From contig OZ252239.1 of the NCBI GenBank assembly GCA_965249485.1, forward strand, positions 2,560,001-2,624,000: a DNA stretch of 64,000 nt, written 5' to 3'. This document shows, one piece after another, positions 1 through 8,807 of the stretch. The translations under genes were made by a program, and so were the position numbers. The stretch comes from a bacterium. GTDB taxonomy: Bacteria > SM23-31. Position 1 is the first letter of the stretch, and each line of letters begins with the position of its first letter. Under the pieces are notes generated by a model. That model was not told where the DNA came from. It searched no databases and was given only the letters and a program-made list of their open reading frames with translations.

Positions 1-86
1 AAATGAACTGGAGTGAAATTGACATGCTACAAAAAAACTGGGGTGGTTGGGAAATATATTCTTGGCAGATAAATGTTGACAGTTAA
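1..86 (+). CDS. 3' end of a gene truncated by the window edge; product unknown
   Basis: Open frame ...MNWSEIDMLQKNWGGWEIYSWQINVDS ending in TAA at 84-86. Confidence 0.4.
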   Translation, partial: MNWSEIDMLQKNWGGWEIYSWQINVDS

Positions 87-102
87 ATGTTGACAGTTAA
101 AT
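70..102. repeat. 14-bp tandem duplication TAAATGTTGACAGT x2 plus TAAAT
   Basis: Read directly; overlaps the stop codon at 84-86. Confidence 0.9.
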
Positions 103-105
103 AGT

Positions 106-1047
106 ATGCTCCGATATTATTCTCATAGTAGACATTTAAAGGAAATCTTTGATTTTCCCGTTAGAAAAATTTGTGTGGATGCGGGATTCACCTGTCCGAA
201 CAGAGATGGATCAAAGGGTTATGGGGGTTGTATTTATTGCAATGATAAAGGTTCGGGTGCACCATATATTAATAAAAATCTTTCATGGGAAGACCAGTTT
301 AGGATACGTGCTGAGCGGCATCTCCAAAATGAGCCGAATACTCATTTCATAATATATTTTCAGGCATATTCAAATACGTATGCACCGGTTGAATATCTTG
401 AGCAAATGTACAGGTCTGCTTTGAGCAAAGAGAAGGTTGTGGGTTTATCTATTGGAACTCGACCAGACTGTGTAAATTCTGAATCTCTCAATCTAATTCG
501 TGATCTATCCCGAGAAACATATGTATGGCTGGAATTCGGTGTGGAGACTATACACGAAAAGACATTGCAGCTTATAAACCGACAGCACACCTATGCTGAT
601 TTATTGACTGCATATGATGAAGCAAAAAAACGGGATATTTCCATTTGTCTTCATATCATTAACGGTCTGCCATGGGAGTCACGTGAAGAAATATTAGAAA
701 CAGCAAAAACTGTCGGACAGCTTATGCCTGACGGAATAAAAATGCATTCGCTATATATTGAAACAGGAACCAGACTGCACAATCTCTATAAGAAGAATCC
801 GTGGCTCTTGTTTTCTGAGAATGAATATATTGAGCTTGCGGTCGAGTGCCTTGAGCTTTTTCCGGAGCAATCAGTCATACAGAGACTTGTTGGAGAAGCA
901 ATTCAAGAACGTCTTGTTGCTCCTGAATGGTCTAAAAACAAGCAGCGTATTCTTAATGGCATTCAAAATTATATGGAATCAAAGGATACAAAACAAGGTG
1001 CAAAATACGCTCCAATACAGAGTGATACTGTAGCATCAACTTTATAA
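106..1047 (+). CDS. Radical SAM protein, YhcC/YtqA (TIGR01212-like) family
   Basis: FTCPNRDG...GGCIYC, YFQAYSNTY and GTRPDC motifs. Confidence 0.9.
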   Translation: MLRYYSHSRHLKEIFDFPVRKICVDAGFTCPNRDGSKGYGGCIYCNDKGSGAPYINKNLSWEDQFRIRAERHLQNEPNTHFIIYFQAYSNTYAPVEYLEQMYRSALSKEKVVGLSIGTRPDCVNSESLNLIRDLSRETYVWLEFGVETIHEKTLQLINRQHTYADLLTAYDEAKKRDISICLHIINGLPWESREEILETAKTVGQLMPDGIKMHSLYIETGTRLHNLYKKNPWLLFSENEYIELAVECLELFPEQSVIQRLVGEAIQERLVAPEWSKNKQRILNGIQNYMESKDTKQGAKYAPIQSDTVASTL

Positions 1048-1090
1048 CACACAGTTGTTGGAAAACAATTGTTCAGGTAATGGTTTTTGC

Positions 1091-1119
1091 TTGAAGAAGA
1101 TTAAAATAACCTATATATT
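1091..1119 (+). promoter_or_regulatory. Putative sigma70 promoter for the yajC-def-fmt operon
   Basis: TTGAAG-N17-TATATT upstream of the yajC SD (GGAGG). Confidence 0.5.
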
Positions 1120-1168
1120 ATATTATAATTAATAAAGTAAAGATTAGACATGAAACTCTGGAGGTAGA

Positions 1169-1489
1169 GTGTTTTCTTTAATTTTTGCGTGGATTGCCCC
1201 GCCGGGAGGTGGTGATTCCAATCCTTTTGTGGTTATGATGCCGCTTTTTATCATACTACTTGTATTCTATTTTCTAATGGTTCGTCCACAAGTAAAACGT
1301 CAAAAACAGCAACGTATCATGCTTGACAACTTGAAAAAGGGTGACAATGTTGTTGCTGCCGGCGGTGTCGTCGGAACAATTGCGGGCCTTAAAGACAAAG
1401 AGAACACTGTCATTCTTAAAATAGATGACAATGTGAAGATTGAAGTATTGAAATCATCTGTCTCAACAGTTATCGAAAAGGAAGAGTGA
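1169..1489 (+). CDS. yajC: Preprotein translocase subunit YajC
   Basis: TM helix then FYFLMVRPQ..., LKKGDNVVAAGGVVG. Confidence 0.95.
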   Translation: MFSLIFAWIAPPGGGDSNPFVVMMPLFIILLVFYFLMVRPQVKRQKQQRIMLDNLKKGDNVVAAGGVVGTIAGLKDKENTVILKIDDNVKIEVLKSSVSTVIEKEE

Positions 1490-1490
1490 T

Positions 1491-2012
1491 ATGCCTTTAC
1501 GGCCTATTCTCATTTACGGAAATCCTCTTCTGCATGAAAAAGCCGCTTCTGTTGAAATAATAACAGAGGATATACAGGAATTCATCGATGACATGTTTGA
1601 GACAATGTTTCATGCACGGGGAATTGGTCTTGCAGCTACCCAGTTAGGTATTTTGAAATCGGTTATTGTTATTGATTTGCCGCGTGAAGACGATCAGGAA
1701 GAAAATGGCCGGATGCTTGTGATGATCAATCTGGAAATTCTTGACCGTCAAGGAATTTGCTCATTTGAGGAGGGATGTCTTTCTATTCCCGGAATCAATG
1801 GAGATGTTGATAGGTCTGAAGTAATCACTATTAGATTTCTAGACAGAGATGGAAATTCGGTAGAGATGGAGTGTGATGAAATGCTCGCAAGAGTTATCCA
1901 GCATGAATATGACCATCTCCAAGGCATTTTATTTGTTCAGCACCTAAAACCGGCCGTTCAAAAAAAATTAAACCCGCAACTACGCCAGATTGCAAAAGGT
2001 GTTTTAGTATGA
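1491..2012 (+). CDS. def: Peptide deformylase
   Basis: GIGLAATQ, EGCLS and QHEYDHLQG motifs. Confidence 0.97.
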   Translation: MPLRPILIYGNPLLHEKAASVEIITEDIQEFIDDMFETMFHARGIGLAATQLGILKSVIVIDLPREDDQEENGRMLVMINLEILDRQGICSFEEGCLSIPGINGDVDRSEVITIRFLDRDGNSVEMECDEMLARVIQHEYDHLQGILFVQHLKPAVQKKLNPQLRQIAKGVLV

Positions 2013-2956
2013 GAGTAGTTTATATGGGAACACCTGACTTTGCCGTTCCCACTCTCAATCATCTTGCACAAAACACATCCCACACCGTTGTAAGCGTTGT
2101 AACTGCGGAAGACAAGCCGAAAGGTAGAGGGCAAATACTCCAGCCTCCTGCAGTGAAATTGTGTGCACTTGACTTAAATATTCCCGTTTTACAGCCCAAA
2201 AACTTGAGAAATACAGAGTTTCATGACAAAATTCTCACTCTCAATCCTGATGTTTTGGTAGTTGTAGCGTTCCGAATTCTCCCTGTTGAACTGTTTTCAC
2301 TTACCCGATTCGGAGCTATAAATCTCCATGCTTCCCTTTTGCCAAGTTACCGTGGACCTGCTCCGGTACAGTGGGCAATTATGAATGGTGAGCAATCAAC
2401 CGGGCTGACAACATTCCAAATCGATAAAGGAATTGACACGGGTAATATTTTAATGCAGCGGTCACTGGAAATTGAAGATAGCGAAACAGCCGGTGAACTA
2501 TTGATGCGGCTTGCCGATATTGGCGCACAGGTAGTGGCAGAATCACTGGATGGACTAGAAAAGGGTGCATTGGAACCTTTGACACAGGTGTCTACGCAAT
2601 CTTCTCATGCTCCTAAAATTACTCCAGACATACTCCCTATTGAATGGAATAATTCGGCTCAGTCGATAGTACAAAAGATTCGGGGATTATCTCCTTCACC
2701 ATGTGCACAAACGTATTATAAAGGGAAGTTAATAAAACTGTTCAGGGCTCAGACTGTAGAAATGGATAATTTAGATTGTAAGCCGGGTACTATTGTGAAA
2801 GCTAATTCCCAAGATGGATTGTTCGTTCAATCAGGACGTAATGTAGTAGAAATTCTTGAACTGCAGCGCGAAGGTAAAAAACAAATGACTGCAAGAGATA
2901 TGTTGCGAGGTATGAACATAGAGGAAGGGGAAGTTCTTAAGGGTAAGAAGGCATGA
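2009..2956 (+). CDS. fmt: Methionyl-tRNA formyltransferase
   Basis: MGTPDFA and NLHASLLPSYRGPAP; ATGA overlap with def. Confidence 0.97.
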   Translation: MRVVYMGTPDFAVPTLNHLAQNTSHTVVSVVTAEDKPKGRGQILQPPAVKLCALDLNIPVLQPKNLRNTEFHDKILTLNPDVLVVVAFRILPVELFSLTRFGAINLHASLLPSYRGPAPVQWAIMNGEQSTGLTTFQIDKGIDTGNILMQRSLEIEDSETAGELLMRLADIGAQVVAESLDGLEKGALEPLTQVSTQSSHAPKITPDILPIEWNNSAQSIVQKIRGLSPSPCAQTYYKGKLIKLFRAQTVEMDNLDCKPGTIVKANSQDGLFVQSGRNVVEILELQREGKKQMTARDMLRGMNIEEGEVLKGKKA

Positions 2957-3082
2957 CAATTTCTATGTATCTTCCGGTTGAAATAGAAAAAATGAATTGA
3001 TTTACAAACCTGTCCGATTGGACTTCTATATATTGCAAATAAGAAGAGATTCGCGTAAATTAAAGTGTAATAATAAAAAATA

Positions 3083-3865
3083 GTGAAGAATAAAGACTCA
3101 GACATGCTATCTTTAAATCAAAATAATATGATCGTTTATCTGAAATATACAGCAGGCATATTAGCATTTTTATTTGTTATGTTTATAGCGATAGATAACA
3201 TCATTATGCCGCTGTATGTAAATTTGGGAAAAGAAGTTGATTTACCTGATGTTACTCAAAAATCAGATGCACAGGCCATTCTTGAACTACGGAATCTTGG
3301 TCTCATGGTAGGAGTAATTGGGCGGAAATATAACTCATTTTATCCGGAAGATACCGTTTTATCACAAAATCCTATTGCAGGTACACGTGTTAAAACGGGG
3401 CGCGCAATTGAGCTTACAGTGAGTCGTGGTGATCAAAAAGTGAAGATCCCCGATTTGATAAATCTTTCTCCACGCGATGCAGAATTAAGGCTGCAACGGC
3501 TCAATTTAATTAAAGGAGAAGAGTATTACAATTTTTCTGATGATTATACCGAAGGTATAGTGATCAGTCAATCATATGAGTCTGGAACAGAAGTTACAAA
3601 AGGGACAATTATTGATATCACAGTCAGTTTGGGACTCGAGTCGAAAGAGTTTGAGATGCCAGATGTCCGGCTGAAGACACTAGAGACCGCTTCAGAAACA
3701 TTTAGGCAAAACAGATTGCGGATTGGCGGTATAATTTTCAATGTGAATGATGAATTTCTTCCGAATACGGTTTTGTTTCAGGATCCGCAGCCGGGTATGG
3801 ATGTTTCTCCAGGAGATTCTGTAATAATTATTGTTAGCAGAATGGACAGCACAAGGATTGAGTAA
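3083..3865 (+). CDS. Membrane-anchored protein with three PASTA domains
   Basis: N-terminal TM helix; three repeats of (L/I/M)PD...V(L/I)xQxP/Y..G..V..G..I.L.VS. Confidence 0.88.
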   Translation: MKNKDSDMLSLNQNNMIVYLKYTAGILAFLFVMFIAIDNIIMPLYVNLGKEVDLPDVTQKSDAQAILELRNLGLMVGVIGRKYNSFYPEDTVLSQNPIAGTRVKTGRAIELTVSRGDQKVKIPDLINLSPRDAELRLQRLNLIKGEEYYNFSDDYTEGIVISQSYESGTEVTKGTIIDITVSLGLESKEFEMPDVRLKTLETASETFRQNRLRIGGIIFNVNDEFLPNTVLFQDPQPGMDVSPGDSVIIIVSRMDSTRIE

Positions 3866-3909
3866 ATTTACTTGAATTTAATTCAATCAGTTAATTGGAT
3901 GCAATATAT

Positions 3910-4587
3910 ATGCAAAATTCGTTTGAGAATGATTTGATAATTGCTCCCTCAATTTTATCTGCTGATTTTACGAATTTAGAATGTGAAATCAGGCAGCTTG
4001 AAAAAGGAGGAGTGGATTGGATCCATATCGATGTTATGGACGGTCATTTTGTGCCAAATATCACCTTTGGACCATTATTGGTAAAAGCCATAAAGTCTCT
4101 TACAAACGTACCTTTAGATGTTCACTTGATGATTTCAAATCCCGATTTGTATTTAGAAGATTTTCGAAAAGCAGGAGCAGATATTATTTCAGTTCATCAG
4201 GAGACCTGTCCACATCTCTACAAAACTGTTAATAAGATACGAGAACTTGGTGCAAAAGCGGGAGTGTCAATCAATCCGGCAACAAGTATTTCTACTATAG
4301 AAAGTATCATTAAAGAAATAGATTTGGTATTAATTATGTCTGTAAATCCCGGATTTGGAGGTCAGAAATTCATTGAATCTTCTCTGTCTAAGATCTCTGA
4401 TACGTTTGAATTGCTCCAAAAAAGTAATCCAAAGGTAAAATTAGAGGTTGACGGTGGCATTGACACTTCAAATATAAAATCTGTAGTCAATGCCGGATGT
4501 AATGTTGTCGTTGCAGGTACAGCGATATTTAGCAACATAGATAGAACAGAAGGTGTAAAAAACTTGCGAAATGCGGCTGTAAATTAA
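3910..4587 (+). CDS. rpe: Ribulose-phosphate 3-epimerase
   Basis: APSILSADF, HIDVMDGHFVPN, MSVNPGFGGQ, EVDGG; start placed at ATG 3910. Confidence 0.97.
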   Translation: MQNSFENDLIIAPSILSADFTNLECEIRQLEKGGVDWIHIDVMDGHFVPNITFGPLLVKAIKSLTNVPLDVHLMISNPDLYLEDFRKAGADIISVHQETCPHLYKTVNKIRELGAKAGVSINPATSISTIESIIKEIDLVLIMSVNPGFGGQKFIESSLSKISDTFELLQKSNPKVKLEVDGGIDTSNIKSVVNAGCNVVVAGTAIFSNIDRTEGVKNLRNAAVN

Positions 4588-4589
4588 TA

Positions 4590-5162
4590 ATGACATACAA
4601 ACAGGAAATCCTCAGAAAAGCGATACATTTTATTTCCCTGGTTATTCCAATGGGATATTTACTTGTATCAAAAGAAACTGCTCTTTATATATTGATACCT
4701 GTAAGTATTGTGTTTATAAGTGTTGACATTGCAAGATTCTATTGCAACCCAGTTAAAAAATTGATTTCCAATGTATTTTCCCTAGTGATACGTGATCATG
4801 AAAAACACCACTTGACAGGGTCATCTTACTTAATGGCAGGTTCGGTTCTCGTTATAATGTTTTTTCCAAAATCTAATGCAATATTCTCTTTGCTCCTTCT
4901 TGCCATTTCCGATTCTGCAGCTGCATTAGTAGGGAGGAGGTTAGGAAAACATAAGCTCTTTAATAAATCAATTGAAGGTACTGCAGCATTTATCGGATCT
5001 GCATTGTCAATTGCCCTGTTTTTTTCAACAATTCCATTAATGCACAAAATTATTGCATCAATAAGTGCATCAATTGTTGAAGTTTTACCCTTAAAGATTG
5101 ATGACAATTTCACAATTCCCGTATCAACGTGCACGGTATTGTGGCTCGTATCCCTTTTCTAG
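4590..5162 (+). CDS. Dolichol/phytol/diacylglycerol kinase (cytidylyltransferase-like) family membrane protein
   Basis: RKAIH, DSAAALVG, KSIEG and DDNFTIP motifs; several TM helices. Confidence 0.85.
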   Translation: MTYKQEILRKAIHFISLVIPMGYLLVSKETALYILIPVSIVFISVDIARFYCNPVKKLISNVFSLVIRDHEKHHLTGSSYLMAGSVLVIMFFPKSNAIFSLLLLAISDSAAALVGRRLGKHKLFNKSIEGTAAFIGSALSIALFFSTIPLMHKIIASISASIVEVLPLKIDDNFTIPVSTCTVLWLVSLF

Positions 5163-5265
5163 TGTAGCAGACAATTCAAATCAGTAAGCTATTGCTATAT
5201 AAATGCTTATGTGATTTTGTATCAGGTTTAAAAATAAAATAACACGTGAAAATAAAATAATTTCC

Positions 5266-5294
5266 TTGACAAAAGATATATATATTTATAAATT
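5266..5294 (+). promoter_or_regulatory. Putative sigma70 promoter of the cold-shock gene
   Basis: TTGACA-N17-TAAATT. Confidence 0.55.
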
Positions 5295-5350
5295 GACCGC
5301 TAAATATGTATAATTTGTGTATAAGTATCAGTATGTAGGAGCAGTATGTA

Positions 5351-5551
5351 ATGCCTAAAGGACAGGTTAAGTGGTTTAATGAGAATAAAGGTTATGGTTT
5401 TATAACGCATGAGGATGGAACTGAAGTATTTGTCCATTATAGCGCCATTGATGGGGACGGTTTCAGAACTCTTGCTGAGGGTGACGATGTGGAATTTCAA
5501 GTAGTCGATACAGATAAAGGACAACAAGCAGCGAATGTAAAACCGCTATAA
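5351..5551 (+). CDS. Cold-shock protein, CspA family
   Basis: VKWFN..KGYGFI and VFVHYSAI (RNP1/RNP2). Confidence 0.97.
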   Translation: MPKGQVKWFNENKGYGFITHEDGTEVFVHYSAIDGDGFRTLAEGDDVEFQVVDTDKGQQAANVKPL

Positions 5552-5572
5552 CTTTTATATTTCCATTATGAT

Positions 5573-5603
5573 ACCCCGATTTTTTAAAATCGGGGTTTTT
5601 TTT
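5573..5603 (+). terminator. Rho-independent terminator
   Basis: ACCCCGATTT / AAATCGGGGT stem followed by a T-run. Confidence 0.85.
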
Positions 5604-5693
5604 GGTTGTTTTCTGAAACGAGTATAATTACTTTATTACACAATTTCTCTAAGAAGTTATTTTATTAAGCATAAAAACGAAGTAAAATTCATT

Positions 5694-6602
5694 GTGAATA
5701 GTTATCTGCAAAGATTTCTCAGGTATCTTAAAATAGAAAAGAATCTTTCGATCAATACACTTTCTGCATATGAGTATGACCTGAATAGGTTTATTGATTT
5801 TCAAAATCCGGATAGTGAACAGTATGATCCGGAAAAAACTTCATCGGATGATATCTCTCGCTATATTTACAAACTGCATGATTTGGGACTTGCTGAATCG
5901 TCAATAGCTCGAAACATTTCTACAATCAGAGCATTTTTCCAGTACTTATTGAAATCCGAAGATGTAAAAACTGACCCAATTGCTGTAATTGAATCACCAA
6001 GACGTCCGGAAAAACTCCCGAAAGTACTTACAATATCCGAAGTTCAAATGCTGCTTGAGCAGCCAGATGTCAATATGCCTCTTGAATTGCGTGACAAGGC
6101 AATGATGGAGTTTATGTATGGTACGGGCATACGTGTTTCTGAATTAACTATAGTAAAAGTTAGAGATTGTTATTTTGATGAGGAAGTTGTTAGGATTTTC
6201 GGAAAAGGGAGTAAAGAACGAATTGTGCCGTGTGGAGAAATAGCACAAAAGTTTGTTGAGCTCTATTTAAGAGAAGTACGGCCTAAACTCATAAAAACTT
6301 CAAGTCATCCATTGGAATGTATATTCCTGAATTGGAGGGGAAACCCAATGAGCAGGATGGGATTCTGGAAAATATTACAGAAATATTGTCTTAAATCGAA
6401 AATCCAAAAACAGATAAGTCCGCATGTACTGCGGCACTCTTTTGCTACTCATCTCCTCGAGGGAGGGGCTGATCTGCGCGTGGTGCAAGAATTGCTCGGA
6501 CATTCTGATATATCGACGACGCAAATATATACACATCTCGATAAAGAGTATTTAAGAGAAGTGCACAAGTCTTTTCACCCACTGGAACAAAATTTAAGGT
6601 AG
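5694..6602 (+). CDS. xerD: Tyrosine recombinase XerD
   Basis: YGTGIRVSEL, GKGSKER, HVLRHSFATHLLEGGADLRVVQELLGH..ISTTQIYTH. Confidence 0.92.
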   Translation: MNSYLQRFLRYLKIEKNLSINTLSAYEYDLNRFIDFQNPDSEQYDPEKTSSDDISRYIYKLHDLGLAESSIARNISTIRAFFQYLLKSEDVKTDPIAVIESPRRPEKLPKVLTISEVQMLLEQPDVNMPLELRDKAMMEFMYGTGIRVSELTIVKVRDCYFDEEVVRIFGKGSKERIVPCGEIAQKFVELYLREVRPKLIKTSSHPLECIFLNWRGNPMSRMGFWKILQKYCLKSKIQKQISPHVLRHSFATHLLEGGADLRVVQELLGHSDISTTQIYTHLDKEYLREVHKSFHPLEQNLR

Positions 6603-6609
6603 TCTCATT

Positions 6610-7260
6610 ATGTTTGATTTAAGAGTATTCTCTATAATTATATTGCTCTTTTCAATTGTTGTTCATGAATATGCGCATGGTTGGATGGCTCTTCGGTGTG
6701 GTGATCATACTGCCAAGTTTGCCGGGCGTCTCACCTTGAATCCGATTCCGCATATTGATCCGATGGGTTCAATTATTCTGCCACTTATTTTGTTTATGAG
6801 TGGATCACCGGTATTGTTTGGATGGGCAAAACCTGTTCCTGTTAATCCGAATAACTACAATAACCCTGCTATTGATAATGTTAAAGTATCAGGCGCAGGT
6901 CCTGCTTCAAACTTTCTTTTGGCAATAGGTTTTACTATGACAGCGATAATGATACTCTTGAACTCAAATAGCGCTGCACTCTTCGGAATTTGTCGGTTTG
7001 GAATACAAATCAACTTACTGCTTGCTCTTTTTAATCTAATACCATTTTCACCGTTGGACGGTTCGCATATATTAGAATATTACATACCATTAGACAAAAA
7101 ACCGGCATATCATAATTTTCAACGCTTCGGTCCGGTTGCTCTTATGATCGTTGTATTTTCAGGATTTATATTACCGTTAAGTCTTTTCTGGCTTATTATT
7201 GGTCCGCCATACGTTTTTTTATTCAACATTCTTCAAGATTTAATAAAATATTTCGTATAA
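6610..7260 (+). CDS. Site-2 protease family (M50) membrane metalloprotease
   Basis: HEYAH, AGPASN and FNLIPFSPLDG. Confidence 0.93.
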   Translation: MFDLRVFSIIILLFSIVVHEYAHGWMALRCGDHTAKFAGRLTLNPIPHIDPMGSIILPLILFMSGSPVLFGWAKPVPVNPNNYNNPAIDNVKVSGAGPASNFLLAIGFTMTAIMILLNSNSAALFGICRFGIQINLLLALFNLIPFSPLDGSHILEYYIPLDKKPAYHNFQRFGPVALMIVVFSGFILPLSLFWLIIGPPYVFLFNILQDLIKYFV

Positions 7261-7277
7261 TAAAAGAAACGACAACA

Positions 7278-7487
7278 ATGTTAATGAAGGGGATGAAGCC
7301 TCGGAAATTTGATTATATTCCTCGTTATTATGAGGAAAATAACGATTCAGAATTAACAGATAAAAAAATAATTAAAATCAAAAGAGGTGTATCGAGGAAA
7401 ATCCGGGGCGCATCTTTTTACAAAATAATATTTCTCATTGGTATTATTCTTTACTTTATGTATTTCTTAAAAGATAATTTTCAATAA
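7278..7487 (+). CDS. Small hypothetical membrane protein
   Basis: KPRKFDYIPRYY N-terminus and a C-terminal TM helix; 17 nt after the M50 gene. Confidence 0.65.
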   Translation: MLMKGMKPRKFDYIPRYYEENNDSELTDKKIIKIKRGVSRKIRGASFYKIIFLIGIILYFMYFLKDNFQ

Positions 7488-7536
7488 AAGAGTTATCTCA
7501 CAGAGAAGGGGGGTAACTAAACTCAGCATACTTTCA

Positions 7537-7564
7537 TGTTTACATAATATATATTATGCGCCAT
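7537..7564 (-). other. dif-like XerC/XerD chromosome dimer resolution site
   Basis: Minus strand ATGGCGCATAA-TATATA-TTATGTAAACA, 11-6-11 layout. Compare E. coli GGTGCGCATAA-TGTATA-TTATGTTAAAT and the B. subtilis arm TTATGTAAACT. Confidence 0.85.
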
Positions 7565-7610
7565 CATGCTTTGTTTAGCATTGATAAGCATATTGTAAAA
7601 AGATTTATTA

Positions 7611-8249
7611 TTATTTACTCTCTGTTGCTATTCTGAAAATAACTTTTATGTCAACTTCTTCCGCTAATTGCAGGAATAAAAATTTTGGACGTTTTATACT
7701 GTAATCTCCAAGTTTTATCTGAAAAGATGCATTTACTGATAAATCCTCTGATAGTTGACTTTCGCTAAAAGCATCCACCCCTTCATTCTGTATCAACTTC
7801 AATGTGGCTTCAACCTCAACAGTGTTTGTTATTCCATGTACCTGAAAATCTCCCTGAACATTCATTTTTACAGATTTACCCGTAGATAATTCGTTTATAT
7901 CTGAATTTACTATTTTTAAAGGTTTAAACGTCGCAGTCGAATATTCATCTGTATTGAGAAATTGTTCGCTTCGCATATCCCGGTCCCGCATTGCAATACC
8001 GGTATTTAATGACACTAAATCGACAGTAATTGTACCGGAAATCCCATTTGTGAGATTATATATGTCCAGCTCGATATAGCCCGATACATTATTGGTGGTT
8101 CCGACAACTTTTTCAATAGGTGCATCCGATTCAAAACGGGCAAGATTATCGCTATGATTGTCAATAACGAGATATTGCCTCTCTTGAGCATTCAATGAAA
8201 CAGTTGAAATGAATAAGCAGATTATTGCACTAAATAATAATTTATACAT
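7611..8249 (-). CDS. YceI family protein with signal peptide
   Basis: SLNTGIAMRDRDMRSEQFL and GDFQVHG; start moved to ATG 8249 after an AGGT SD. Confidence 0.88.
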   Translation of the reverse strand: MYKLLFSAIICLFISTVSLNAQERQYLVIDNHSDNLARFESDAPIEKVVGTTNNVSGYIELDIYNLTNGISGTITVDLVSLNTGIAMRDRDMRSEQFLNTDEYSTATFKPLKIVNSDINELSTGKSVKMNVQGDFQVHGITNTVEVEATLKLIQNEGVDAFSESQLSEDLSVNASFQIKLGDYSIKRPKFLFLQLAEEVDIKVIFRIATESK

Positions 8250-8807
8250 TAAATACCTCATAATATTTTTAGTATTGGAGATGACGAGAACACGTTGAAA
8301 AACGCTTGAACATAATGACATGTTATTATATAAACTGTGATATGTTTCTAATCGTTCCAACCAGCATTAAAGTTCTATTTTAAAGATTAAAATGAATATA
8401 TCATTAAGAGTTGTTTCGCAATGGCATTCATTTTGCCTTACACTCTATGTCATTGATAAATTTTTGTAACACATGTGTGATGATTGATCAGATACTTTAT
8501 GTTAAAAATAAGACACGCAGTCGAGTAATCATTAATAAAATTCTTTAAACTAATAATAAATTATTACCAAAAGACCTTATAACTCATTAATAAATATATA
8601 ATTACGATACATTTGACGAATACCTTCTTACTTCTTATGATGGATCTTCTCGATTCCGGCCATCAGTAATTTAATTTACAAATCCGTGTAATTAATTTAA
8701 AATAATTTTAAAATCTCATCCAGATCATTTTACTATTTCTGGTAAATTTTATTCTGATTTCTAAAAAAAAGAATATTAACGAACTACTAATAAAAAAGGC
8801 AGTGCAT

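Noticed and set aside
8361..8801. FNR/CRP/Rex sites upstream of PFOR
   Set aside because: Only partial matches with wrong spacing in very AT-rich DNA.
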